Shown piece by piece: positions 9,500 through 18,658 of a stretch of DNA of 64,000 bases. This stretch comes from Deltaproteobacteria bacterium (GTDB lineage Bacteria > Myxococcota_A > Polyangia > Fen-1088), in NCBI GenBank assembly GCA_033763315.1, contig JANRKS010000008.1, positions 64,001 through 128,000 on the forward strand. Reading direction: 5' to 3'. The notes below the pieces were generated by a model. That model was not told where the DNA came from, searched no databases, and saw nothing but the letters and a program-made list of their open reading frames with translations. Position 1 is the first letter of the stretch, and each line of letters opens with the position of its first letter. Made by a program: the position numbers and the translations under genes.

Positions 9500-10476
9500 G
9501 CTGCCTGTAACCGACGCAAGCCCTCTTCGAACGACACACGAGGCATGTAGCCCAGATCGCGCTTGGCGGCACCGATATCGAACCAATGCGCGGACGTGAG
9601 CTGGCGCGCCACGAAGCGTGTGATCGGCGGCTCGCGATCATAATCGCCACGCAGTTTGAACCATGCCTCGGCTGCGGCCCCGGCGGCGCGAATGGCCAAC
9701 GGTGAGACGGTGGGAAACGGCCCCGGTTGCCCGGCCGCACGCAAAACACGGCAAATCAACTCTGTTTGCGGCAACGGCTCGCCTTGGCTGATGAAGTAAA
9801 CCTTCCCAGCGCAAGCGGCTGTTGGAGACAGCGCGTCCAAAGCCAAAACATGGGCGTCCACCGCGTTGTCGATATACGTGTGGTCAACTTTCTTGGGCGG
9901 ACCACCGGGCAGCTTCAGTTTTCCTGCTTTCGCCAACGCCACCGCGCGCGGCACGAGCTGCGTATCGCCCGGACCCCACATCAGGTGCGGGCGCAACACC
10001 ACAGTCAAGAGGTCCGCCCCGTTGGCCGCCACCACAAGTTGTTCGGCCAACGCTTTGGTGCGCGGGTAATGTGCATCGAACGATGCCGGATACGCGTGTT
10101 GCTCGTTGATGCCTTCGGCGTCGCCGTCACCGTGCGCCACGGAAGGTGAACTTGTGTACACCAGTTTCGCCACACCACGCGCGCGGCTGGCGGCGATGAC
10201 ATTGGTGGTACCTCCCACGTTTGTGCGCTCAAAATCAGAGGCGCGGCCCCAACTACCCACGCGGGCCGCGGTGTGAAAGATGGCGTCTTGACCGGCCGCC
10301 GCAGCGTTCACCACGGCCGCATCGGCGACGTCACCTTGCACCACGCGCACGCCTTGAGCGGCGAGATCGGGCTGGGGGCTGCGGCCCAAGATGGTGACAA
10401 CATCGCCGCGAGCCAACAAGCGATGCACGATCGCCTTGCCCAAAAAGCCGCCGCCGCCGGTTACCAAGATGTTCAT
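9472..10476 (-). CDS. oleD: 2-alkyl-3-oxoalkanoate reductase OleD (NAD-dependent epimerase/dehydratase family)
   Basis: MNILVTGGGGFLG, YTSSPSV, YPRTK (YxxxK), LRPHLMWGPGD. Fourth gene of the ole-type cluster, with an ATGA overlap. Confidence 0.85.
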   Translation of the reverse strand: MNILVTGGGGFLGKAIVHRLLARGDVVTILGRSPQPDLAAQGVRVVQGDVADAAVVNAAAAGQDAIFHTAARVGSWGRASDFERTNVGGTTNVIAASRARGVAKLVYTSSPSVAHGDGDAEGINEQHAYPASFDAHYPRTKALAEQLVVAANGADLLTVVLRPHLMWGPGDTQLVPRAVALAKAGKLKLPGGPPKKVDHTYIDNAVDAHVLALDALSPTAACAGKVYFISQGEPLPQTELICRVLRAAGQPGPFPTVSPLAIRAAGAAAEAWFKLRGDYDREPPITRFVARQLTSAHWFDIGAAKRDLGYMPRVSFEEGLRRLQAAYESSASRT

Positions 10477-12152
10477 TGCAACACCCGTTGCGCCCACATA
10501 GCCAAGGCCTCGCGTCCGATCTTCGCGTTGTGACGAATGTCGACAGGGAAACCGGGATGCAACAAAAACTGATTGATGTCGCGCGTGTGCTCGTGAGCGC
10601 GGCCAAGTGTGAGCAGCTCATGCAGAAGCTCAGGCGGCAACGCGTGCTTTGGGGGTAACGCGGCCAGCGTCACCTCAGGATTGAGTTCAACACAAACAAC
10701 GGGCCGCGTTTGCTGCGCGCGCGTGACGCCAACCAGTGCCGTGCGGCGGACCCACGGATGCGCATTGAACACGCCCTCGCATGCCACGCTGAACCACGTG
10801 CGCGCGCCTTGCACCACGCGATGCGATTTTCGCCCGCAGAACCATAGATAACCGTCGTTGTCGAAGTAGCCCACATCGCCCATGCGGTGCCAGAAATCTT
10901 CGCTGTGCGCCACATTGATCTTTGCAAGCGCTGTGGCTTGGGGCCGCGCCCAATAGCTGCGCGTCACCTGCGGTCCGCGCACCGTGATCTCACCCAGCGC
11001 TCCAGGTGGCATCCGCAAATCTTCATGCCATGTGGGCACAGGATCGTCTGAGATCGGTATGATCGCGATTTCGGTGCCGGCAACGGGCTTGCCCACGCAC
11101 ACGCCACCGCCCGACGCTGTGCAATCGCCGCGCGCCAAGATCTCGTGGCTGTCGATGCAGGCCACGGGCAGCGCTTCGGTGGCGCCGTAAGGCGTAACCA
11201 CACGGCCGCCGGGCGCCATCAAGGAAACCATTTGCGCCACAACCTTGGGAGGCACAGGCGCGCCGGCCGATACCACGCGCTTGAGCCTATGCATGGTTTG
11301 TTGGCGCGGCAGAGCCCAGCGCACCAACGCCCCCACCAATGCCGGCGAGGCAAACATGTTTGTTACACCTTCATCGGCCATCGCCTGCACCAGCCACTGC
11401 GGGTTGGCAGCCGCGGGACGCGTGAAATCCATCTGGGGCACCACCGTGGTCATGCCCAGCGCCGGATCGAACAAAGCAAACAGCGGAAACGTGGGCAAAT
11501 CCACTTCGCCTGGATCAACTTGGGCGATGGCCCGCAACGCTTTCACTTGGCCAGCGAAGTTGCCATGCGTGTAGACCGCGCCTTTGGGCACACCCGTGCT
11601 GCCGCTCGTGAACAGGATCGCGGCCACATCATCGGCACGTGTAAGAGCAAGCGCAGGGCCTTTTTCCGAAGCGCCCGCCGCCAGCAGACGTCGCCAGCTC
11701 AAGCCACCCCACAACGCGGGCCCGCCGACCGTCAGCGTCTTCTTGATGGTGGTGCGCCCCCAGCCAAACAGCACGCGGGCGAAATGCGCTTTGGGCGATC
11801 CGATAAAAGCCGCGGGGGCCGCCTCGGCCAAGCATTGCTTGAGGTGCGGCAGCGGCAAGCCAGGATCCACCATCACAGGCACCACGCCTGCCTTCGCCAT
11901 ACCAAACGTCAGCGCGAAGAAGTGCAAGCCCGGGGGCACCATCAGCACAGCGCGCACGCCCTGCCCTACGCCGCACGCACGCAGCCCGCGGGCCACAACG
12001 TCGCTTTGTTCATCAAGCTCGCGATACGTAATTCGCTTGTATTGCACGCGTCCTGTGCGCGCACGCCGCAAGGGCATGCACACGGCGGTGGCGTTTGGTT
12101 GCGCCGCGGCCATGTCGGGCAAACACGCCGCGATGTTCACCACGGAATCCAC
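10473..12152 (-). CDS. oleC: Olefin beta-lactone synthetase OleC (AMP-dependent ligase)
   Basis: AILFTSGSTGVPKG, TPYGATEALP, WHRMGDVG, and the OleC-type C-terminal FPVDIRHNAKI. Confidence 0.88.
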   Translation of the reverse strand: MDSVVNIAACLPDMAAAQPNATAVCMPLRRARTGRVQYKRITYRELDEQSDVVARGLRACGVGQGVRAVLMVPPGLHFFALTFGMAKAGVVPVMVDPGLPLPHLKQCLAEAAPAAFIGSPKAHFARVLFGWGRTTIKKTLTVGGPALWGGLSWRRLLAAGASEKGPALALTRADDVAAILFTSGSTGVPKGAVYTHGNFAGQVKALRAIAQVDPGEVDLPTFPLFALFDPALGMTTVVPQMDFTRPAAANPQWLVQAMADEGVTNMFASPALVGALVRWALPRQQTMHRLKRVVSAGAPVPPKVVAQMVSLMAPGGRVVTPYGATEALPVACIDSHEILARGDCTASGGGVCVGKPVAGTEIAIIPISDDPVPTWHEDLRMPPGALGEITVRGPQVTRSYWARPQATALAKINVAHSEDFWHRMGDVGYFDNDGYLWFCGRKSHRVVQGARTWFSVACEGVFNAHPWVRRTALVGVTRAQQTRPVVCVELNPEVTLAALPPKHALPPELLHELLTLGRAHEHTRDINQFLLHPGFPVDIRHNAKIGREALAMWAQRVLQ

Positions 12153-12158
12153 GTGCGT

Positions 12159-13067
12159 TCACAACGGGTGGCGGGCCAGGAACGTTTGCACCAAAGCGCA
12201 AACCTCAGCCGCTGCGTCTTCCAAGATGTAATGGCCACAGTCAGCGAACGTGTGCACCTCGGCAAGCGGCCAACGCTTGCGCCAGTGCTGCAGAACCTGA
12301 GGCGTGAATACGAAATCCTTCATGCCCCACGCAAACATCGCGGGCGTGTGCGCGAACTGGGGCAGCGCCGCTTCGGTTTGGCTCACCGTTTCGTACGATG
12401 GATCCTGCGCAGTCACAGGGATGTCTTGCACAAACCGCAAGGTGGCGATGCGCGACGCCCACGAATCATAGGGCGCGCAATAGGCTTGCCGAAGCGCGTG
12501 CGTAAGCTTCGGCCGTTTGGCGCCCACGTGCGCGGCGGTTCGTGAAAACGCGTTGAAGCCACGCACCGCCACCGCGCCGAAAGGGGTGTTGCGAATCGCA
12601 CGCAAAGCCAACGGCAGACGCATGTCGCTTGGCAGATGGAACGCGGCCGTATTCATCAACACCAAGCGGCCAATGCGCTCAGGATGCCGGGCGGCCAGAC
12701 CCATGCCGATCATGCCCCCCCAATCGTGCATCACCAACGTGAGCTTGGGCCCTTGCAGAAGATTAAGGTGAAGCAACAGGGCTTCAAGATCGTCGATGCG
12801 GCTCTTGAGCCGGTAGTCGTAGCGAGCGTCGCCGGGCTTATCCGAAAGGCCCATGCCCATGTGATCTGGAACCACGGTGCGATACTGACCTTTGAGCGCA
12901 AGCACCAAATTGCGATAGTAAAACGACCACGTGGGGTTGCCATGCACCATCACAACGGGCTCGCCCTGGCCTTCGTCCACGTAGTGATAGGTCAAGCCCT
13001 GGCGGTCAAGCACATGCGACGCGAAAGGATAAAGCGTGACTGGTACGCTTGCCGGCCGCACGGGCAT
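12159..13067 (-). CDS. oleB: Beta-lactone decarboxylase OleB (haloalkane dehalogenase-like alpha/beta hydrolase)
   Basis: HGNPTWSFYYR, nucleophile motif HDWGG, GHY. Lies between oleA and oleC. Confidence 0.85.
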   Translation of the reverse strand: MPVRPASVPVTLYPFASHVLDRQGLTYHYVDEGQGEPVVMVHGNPTWSFYYRNLVLALKGQYRTVVPDHMGMGLSDKPGDARYDYRLKSRIDDLEALLLHLNLLQGPKLTLVMHDWGGMIGMGLAARHPERIGRLVLMNTAAFHLPSDMRLPLALRAIRNTPFGAVAVRGFNAFSRTAAHVGAKRPKLTHALRQAYCAPYDSWASRIATLRFVQDIPVTAQDPSYETVSQTEAALPQFAHTPAMFAWGMKDFVFTPQVLQHWRKRWPLAEVHTFADCGHYILEDAAAEVCALVQTFLARHPL

Positions 13068-13075
13068 CACGTTCG

Positions 13076-14092
13076 CTACCACAGCACCAACCCCGCCGTG
13101 CAATTGAGGCCGCTGCCGATGCCAGCCAGAACCACGTGGTCACCAGGCGCAAGCCGTTCAACCTCTTGTGCTTTGCTCAACACCATCGGCACCGACGCTG
13201 GACCCACGTTGCCGATCTCCTGGTAAATCAAGTGTGCCTTGTCTAAACTGACGCCCAACGCGCGCGCCAGCTCTTGCGTGTGCAGCTCACTGACCTGATG
13301 AAGGGCAAACAGATCCACCATGTCAGGCCGTAGCTGAAAATCGCTTTGCATGCGCTGCCAGGTACGCGACGCCAACGACAAGCCGTGTGCCAGCAAGCCG
13401 CGCGTGTCGGTGACGCCCACGTCAACTTGGCCACGACACAATTGGTTGTGTTGCGTCGCCGCCAAACTTGTGGTGCCCACGAACTTATGACCGTGGGGTG
13501 CCACGCGTGCGTTGGCCAACACCATTGCGGCCGCGCCCGAGCCCAACGTCATTGTGGCAAGCTGATCTTTGAGCGTCTGGTGATCGCAAGCGGGTCCGCG
13601 CAACCGCTGCAGGGTGCTTTCCACAACAAACCGGCTGCTTTCGCCATCCACCACCAAGCCGTAATCCACCTGGCCGCGTTCGATCATGTTCGCAACCATG
13701 GTCATACCGTCGAGAAACCCGAGGCATGCGTTGGCAATATCGAAATTGATACACGTCTCAGGCAGACCCAGGTTGGCGTGCACAAAACAGGCGGTGGAAG
13801 GCTCCACCCAGTCACGGCTGACCGACGTGTTGATCATCACGCCCACCTGCGCGGCAGCCACGCCCGCTTCCTGCAGCGCGCGCTTGCCTGCCATCGTTGC
13901 GCCTTCACTTGGCTGCGCACCGGGCTCCCAGAAACGCCGCGCACGCACGCCGGTGAGGCTTTCAATCAGCCGCGCGGGCACGCCAAGACGGGCGTAGGTC
14001 TCGGACAAGGCCCGGTCCAGCTCTTCCGTGGCCACACGGTGGGGCGCGTCCACGTGGGCCACCCCCAAAATGTTAACGCTGTCGAAGCGCAT
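13076..14092 (-). CDS. oleA: Acyl-CoA:acyl-CoA alkyltransferase OleA (FabH-like thiolase)
   Basis: SVSRDWVEPSTA (catalytic Glu), ANACLGF (Cys), TLGSGAAA, HQVS, GNVGPAS, GIGSGLNC. Confidence 0.88.
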   Translation of the reverse strand: MRFDSVNILGVAHVDAPHRVATEELDRALSETYARLGVPARLIESLTGVRARRFWEPGAQPSEGATMAGKRALQEAGVAAAQVGVMINTSVSRDWVEPSTACFVHANLGLPETCINFDIANACLGFLDGMTMVANMIERGQVDYGLVVDGESSRFVVESTLQRLRGPACDHQTLKDQLATMTLGSGAAAMVLANARVAPHGHKFVGTTSLAATQHNQLCRGQVDVGVTDTRGLLAHGLSLASRTWQRMQSDFQLRPDMVDLFALHQVSELHTQELARALGVSLDKAHLIYQEIGNVGPASVPMVLSKAQEVERLAPGDHVVLAGIGSGLNCTAGLVLW

Positions 14093-14138
14093 CAATGGGC
14101 GGCGACTTTAGCACCTGGCCGCAAAGAAGTGCCTGCGT

Positions 14139-15074
14139 TTACGCGAAGCTGTCCCAATACCGCAAAAGCTCGCGCTTTTGCCGTTCCAAAGTGAAGGTTT
14201 GGGCCATCTGTACCGCCTGGGCGCGCAGGGGATCAAGCTGGGTGGGGTTTTGCTGCAGTTGATCCAAGGTGCGCGCCAACGCGGCCGCCAAGGCCATCGG
14301 ATCTTCGTCGGGCACCCAAACGCCATTGTCGGGGCGCGCGTATTCGTTGCCGCCCCCACCTGTGAAGCCCACCACGACGGCACCACAGGCCATCGCCTCA
14401 AGCGGAGGCAGGCCGAAACCCTCGCGCAGGCTCGTGGAAAGATAAACGTCGCTTGATTGCAGCAGGGCGGCCGTTTCGCTCTCTGATTTGCCTTCAATTG
14501 GCACCCAGGGCACGCCTGACAGGTCGGGGCGCTCGTGATGCAAAATCCCGCGGGCGATGCGCAGGTTCCATGGACCCTTGCGCGGCATATACGCGATCTG
14601 AAGTTGGCGTTGGCCGGGCGCCGGCGTGAGGCGGTTCAGATCCAGCGCGTACGGCACCACATCCGTGGGCAAACCAAACACGCGTTGGCAAAAGGCCGCG
14701 ATGATGTTGGTGCTCGCCAAGATCCGCTCCACGCCAAAATCGCGATAGTGGGCGTTGTGTTCCAAGATCTCAAACACGTGGTAGTGGTTTTGGCAAAACA
14801 CCACCTTTCGCAACGGCACCTCTCGCAGGGCCGCCAGGGCGGCGCCGAAATCTTCGGGAAACACCAACGTGTCGGTGTCGCGCAGGTCAAAGTTTCCGCT
14901 GGCATCCATCACGGGCGCGCTTGAAGCAAACCACGTGGGCCGAAAACCGGCCTCGAAGTGCACCACCGCCGCCTCCCGGCCCGAGGCCACCAAGGATTCC
15001 ACGTGATGATAGATCGTGCGGATGCCACCCCGCGGCTCCGCCACGGCGGGGCAAAGGTACAAGATGCGGCCCAT
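14139..15074 (-). CDS. Glycosyltransferase family 4 (GT-B)
   Basis: N-terminal P.GG motif and EGFGLPPLEAMACG. Confidence 0.8.
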   Translation of the reverse strand: MGRILYLCPAVAEPRGGIRTIYHHVESLVASGREAAVVHFEAGFRPTWFASSAPVMDASGNFDLRDTDTLVFPEDFGAALAALREVPLRKVVFCQNHYHVFEILEHNAHYRDFGVERILASTNIIAAFCQRVFGLPTDVVPYALDLNRLTPAPGQRQLQIAYMPRKGPWNLRIARGILHHERPDLSGVPWVPIEGKSESETAALLQSSDVYLSTSLREGFGLPPLEAMACGAVVVGFTGGGGNEYARPDNGVWVPDEDPMALAAALARTLDQLQQNPTQLDPLRAQAVQMAQTFTLERQKRELLRYWDSFA

Positions 15075-15136
15075 CCGTAAGTGTTGCCGTGCGCTTGCCG
15101 CGCGGTCCAGTTTTACACCGCCGGCACGCTTTCGAT

Positions 15137-15370
15137 TCAAAGAGAAGGTTGTGGCGCGGCGTCTGGAATCGTCGGCGGGGTGTTTCCACGTGGTACCACT
15201 TCCACCATCGCTGCGGAACTTTGCTCTACGTCCGTCCCGCGCATCTGGCTAACGAACACGCCCAGCAGAATGCCCAAAGCCGCCAAAGCCAACAACAAGT
15301 AGGCGATTTTGCGGCCACGGCCTTTGCGGACCCGTTTCAGATCCTCTGCGAGCGAATCATTCTGGTTCAT
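15137..15370 (-). CDS. Small single-TM hypothetical protein
   Basis: Basic N-terminus followed by IAYLLLALAALGILLGVFV. Fills the gap on the coding strand. Confidence 0.55.
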   Translation of the reverse strand: MNQNDSLAEDLKRVRKGRGRKIAYLLLALAALGILLGVFVSQMRGTDVEQSSAAMVEVVPRGNTPPTIPDAAPQPSL

Positions 15371-15398
15371 CAGCGTGAGTGTCTGCAATGCACGCGCC

Positions 15399-15420
15399 AA
15401 AGCGGGAGCAACCCCCGCTA
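15399..15420 (-). terminator. Short hairpin followed by TTT right at the aac(3)-like stop
   Basis: Minus strand reads TAGCGGGGGTTGCTCCCGCTTT. Confidence 0.45.
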
Positions 15421-15876
15421 TTCGGATCCGACCTTAATGTCGAAATGCATGACGTCCTCACGCACGCCCAACTTCGTGTAAAGCGCGACCGCAGGTTCGT
15501 CGCCGTAGTCAGCCTGCACATAGACCACCCAACCGCCACGCTCGGCCGCGACGGCGCGGATCTCGTTGATGAGGGCCGTCGCCACGCCCTGACGACGGAA
15601 ACGTTCATCTACCGCCAAATCATAGATGTAAAACTCGCTGCGCTCTTGTTCAAGCTTTTGCAGTTCGTAGCCCACCAGTGCGCCGACGACTTCGCTACCC
15701 ACAACCGCCGCCAAGACGACGCATTCTGGCTTGCCCAAGAGGCGCGTTAAGTACGCATCGCTTGGCGGCTTGGCGGCATAGTGATCGTGGTCATCGAACA
15801 CCTTGGCGAACAAGGCATTCACGGCGCGCATCACGGCAACATCTTCGGGGCCTAAGCGGCACACACGGGCTGGCAT
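15418..15876 (-). CDS. AAC(3)-I family aminoglycoside N-acetyltransferase (GNAT)
   Basis: YIYDLAV..RRQGVATALI..VVYVQADYGDEPAVALYTKLGVREDVMHFDI closely matches my recollection of the AAC(3)-Ia C-terminus. Confidence 0.85.
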   Translation of the reverse strand: MPARVCRLGPEDVAVMRAVNALFAKVFDDHDHYAAKPPSDAYLTRLLGKPECVVLAAVVGSEVVGALVGYELQKLEQERSEFYIYDLAVDERFRRQGVATALINEIRAVAAERGGWVVYVQADYGDEPAVALYTKLGVREDVMHFDIKVGSE

Positions 15877-15898
15877 CCCTCAACTTTGCCCGAAGTTT

Positions 15899-16510
15899 TC
15901 AAAACAACAATACACTTACATCCAAGCCGAACCGCCACGTGGACCGCGTATCACCCACGATCATTTCGTAGCGGCCGAAAGGTTCCAGCACCACGCGTCC
16001 ATCGCCAAACGGAACGCCCAATGCGACATGACCATAAGCGCGTGGCAGAACCTCGCTGTGCCCTTGCGAGCCTTGCACGCTTGAGACGGGTGCCTGTGTT
16101 TTCAACGCCACGTGGCGTGCCACCGCGCCCACACCCAAGGCAATTACAGGGATGACGGGGCCGTCCCGCAAAAGACCGATCTCCAGTGCCGGACGCACGT
16201 CGCGCTCCTGAAGTTGAACGGCGGTTGGCATATCCGCCTGTGCCAGTCCGGAAAAACCAAGCCGCGCGCCCACCCGCACGTGATAACGCTCATGCGACGT
16301 GGGTATGTAATAGAAACCCAGCAATTCCGGCGCGAAATTCATGCGGCTGCCTTCGCCATAATCGTTGCGGGCCTCCCACATAGGAGCCGCGCCCAGCGCC
16401 AGGTGGTTGTGAAGTGGGTCTTGCCCGCGCGCGGCGGCCGGCGCAAGCAGCGCCACGGCAACGACGGCGCCTTGGATGACGCTTGCAAGGCTCACATTGC
16501 CGTTGCGCAT
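15899..16510 (-). CDS. Hypothetical exported protein, probable small outer-membrane beta-barrel
   Basis: Signal peptide, alternating hydrophobic strands, C-terminal WRFGLDVSVLLF. RBS GAGG upstream of ATG 16510. Confidence 0.6.
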   Translation of the reverse strand: MRNGNVSLASVIQGAVVAVALLAPAAARGQDPLHNHLALGAAPMWEARNDYGEGSRMNFAPELLGFYYIPTSHERYHVRVGARLGFSGLAQADMPTAVQLQERDVRPALEIGLLRDGPVIPVIALGVGAVARHVALKTQAPVSSVQGSQGHSEVLPRAYGHVALGVPFGDGRVVLEPFGRYEMIVGDTRSTWRFGLDVSVLLF

Positions 16511-17754
16511 TTGGTCCTCACCTGTTCTGGGAAGCCTGCATTGCCGAAATTCGCAACGAACGCCGCACACAGAGCCGCGTCTAAAGGTGGCGGCGCTTGG
16601 CCCGCGAGTGTGTCCAAAAAGGCGCCCAGAATAGGCGCATCATGAGTGGAGTGAAACAGTTCGTCACGGCCATCACATTGCGATTCCGTCAATTCGAAGC
16701 CCGGCAGATCCGTGCGCGCCGCCAGCTTGTCCAATACCCCCGACAGTGATGCAATGACAGCCACCGCGAACGGGCCCCGCGATGTTGATTCCGATGGCAC
16801 CCCGCCTTGAGCAAGGAAGGCCTGGTACAGCGATCGTGCGAAGACGGTGCCCACACAGTAGAAGCTGTTTTCACACTTCTGGTTAACGGCCGCGAAGTCG
16901 AAAGCGCCTTTGATAAGGCTCCGTTGGGCTTTGACTCTTGGCTGCGCGGCAAGGACGTCCGTGCTGCCGGTCACGGCAAAGCTTAAAAAATCAGCCATGC
17001 CTTCGTTAAGACCACTGATCGCATACTCGAGCGCAAGACGATCGCGCGCCGGCAGTTGGCTGTTGTCGTCGATACAATCTGGAGGATCATTGGCGTTGAA
17101 GAAGTGCTCGAAGACCAGGTGACCAATTTCATGCGTCAGCACCATCTGGTCGGCCGACAGGGGCGCTTGTTCAAGCTCTGATCGCCGGGCCAAGCCGAAT
17201 TGATGAGCCCGCGGAACGAAGAAGGCATTGAACTTCTGGATCACAGTGGCGCTGACGTCTGAATCGATACGAACCCTGGGTTCAAAGAACACATCGATCG
17301 GACGTTTTGCGCCGAGATCGGGAATGTTAAAGCCCAGCACCTGCTCAACTGCCACAAACGAGCGTTCAAGGGCGTTGTAGGCAGACAGCATTGCCAGGCT
17401 GGAGTAATCGCGAGCCACGATCACCCCGCCCCGCACCGTGTACCGCAACTGTGGTGCGTGCCCCGCCGACAAACGTCCATCCAAGGCCACGGAGCCCGCC
17501 ACCTCACGCGCCACCAATTCGCCACCGCGGTAAAGGCGCACGTTTGGGCCGGTCAGGTTGTGAAAATCAATCAGCGTGGATAAGGTTTCTTCTTTCACGG
17601 CGAACGAGGTGGTCTCGTTGCTTTGCTCGAACCCATCCCACACGATCACCTGCGCCTTTACAACAGCCGGCGCATCGGACTCATACCCGCACGCCGGTGT
17701 GATCATAAGGAGCCCGAGCGCCACTACATTTCGCATCTTCATGTCGCTCATCAC
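16492..17754 (-). CDS. Lipoprotein zinc metalloprotease (gluzincin, M4/M36-like)
   Basis: Lipobox TPAC, FNAFF, THEIGH (HExxH) and GLNEGMADF (third ligand NEGxxD). Confidence 0.75.
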   Translation of the reverse strand: MMSDMKMRNVVALGLLMITPACGYESDAPAVVKAQVIVWDGFEQSNETTSFAVKEETLSTLIDFHNLTGPNVRLYRGGELVAREVAGSVALDGRLSAGHAPQLRYTVRGGVIVARDYSSLAMLSAYNALERSFVAVEQVLGFNIPDLGAKRPIDVFFEPRVRIDSDVSATVIQKFNAFFVPRAHQFGLARRSELEQAPLSADQMVLTHEIGHLVFEHFFNANDPPDCIDDNSQLPARDRLALEYAISGLNEGMADFLSFAVTGSTDVLAAQPRVKAQRSLIKGAFDFAAVNQKCENSFYCVGTVFARSLYQAFLAQGGVPSESTSRGPFAVAVIASLSGVLDKLAARTDLPGFELTESQCDGRDELFHSTHDAPILGAFLDTLAGQAPPPLDAALCAAFVANFGNAGFPEQVRTKCATAM

Positions 17755-17757
17755 CCA

Positions 17758-18576
17758 TCACCAATCTTTAGAAACGCTGATCCAAGGCGAGATCGGCACA
17801 CCAGTGCCGACGTAACCGCCGCCTTCAAGCAACCACTTGCCCAGCCGAAACGATGCCAAGGCGCGCGCAATCGCTGTTCGAAAATTCAGATCGTCCAGCT
17901 CGCCCACTTGCACCGAAGCGCCCGCGCTATCGGCCGAGACCAGCGTCAACGGAATGGACAGCAGCGTTGCACGAAGCTGCAACCACCGCACGACGGTGAA
18001 CTGGTAGGTGAGGCCCACACCCGCCAACGCCGCCGAAGCCACTTGAGCCGAGCCCGCCTTGCCCCGCACTTCGTCAGAGATCCGCAAATACAGCGCCATC
18101 ACATTAAGCGCCAGTTCGTGGCGGGCGCCAAGACGCTTCGATGTATTCCACAAAAACCAGGCGGGCAATACGCCCACGCGGTTTTCTTTGTCGCTTACGG
18201 CTACATACCCCGTTTGAAGATCGAGGATGGATGTGACCGTGCCGTCACCAAACAAACGATAGCGAGCGCGCACCAGCAAAGAAGGTTCGCCCGCAAGAAA
18301 GGGCAGCGCGCTTAAGGCGTACACACCCAGAGTCAAATCCCCCGTGAATCCGAAGTTCACACCGGTGGTTGGCAAGTCGGCCACCACATGGCCCTTTGCC
18401 ACCACGTTTGTGTCAAAGATGCCGGGAAAGCCAGTGGTGACGGAGGGTGGAGGAGACACTCTTTGTGCAAAACCCTCGCCCCGTTGCGCGTGGGCCGTGC
18501 TGATCTGAAAACACAGAGGCGAAACTGCCACGGTTAGGACTAGCCATAACAGATGAGTGAGGTTGGCTTTCTTCAT
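17758..18576 (-). CDS. Hypothetical exported protein, probable outer-membrane beta-barrel
   Basis: Signal peptide (AHA), amphipathic strands, terminal Trp (PWISVSKDW). Confidence 0.6.
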   Translation of the reverse strand: MKKANLTHLLWLVLTVAVSPLCFQISTAHAQRGEGFAQRVSPPPSVTTGFPGIFDTNVVAKGHVVADLPTTGVNFGFTGDLTLGVYALSALPFLAGEPSLLVRARYRLFGDGTVTSILDLQTGYVAVSDKENRVGVLPAWFLWNTSKRLGARHELALNVMALYLRISDEVRGKAGSAQVASAALAGVGLTYQFTVVRWLQLRATLLSIPLTLVSADSAGASVQVGELDDLNFRTAIARALASFRLGKWLLEGGGYVGTGVPISPWISVSKDW

Positions 18577-18658
18577 GCGCTCATGGGCTCGTTTAACGCA
18601 ACTGAGAAGCGAAGGAAGAGGGATGTTGGGATATGGCTAGGCGCAACGGTGCCGGAGC

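Noticed and set aside
12159-13067. Haloalkane dehalogenase call
   Set aside because: Its position between oleA and oleC favours OleB, which belongs to the same subfamily.
15380-15900. Integron cassette around the aac(3)-I-like gene
   Set aside because: No RYYYAAC/GTTRRRY attC structure and no integrase. The downstream hairpin is short and terminator-like.
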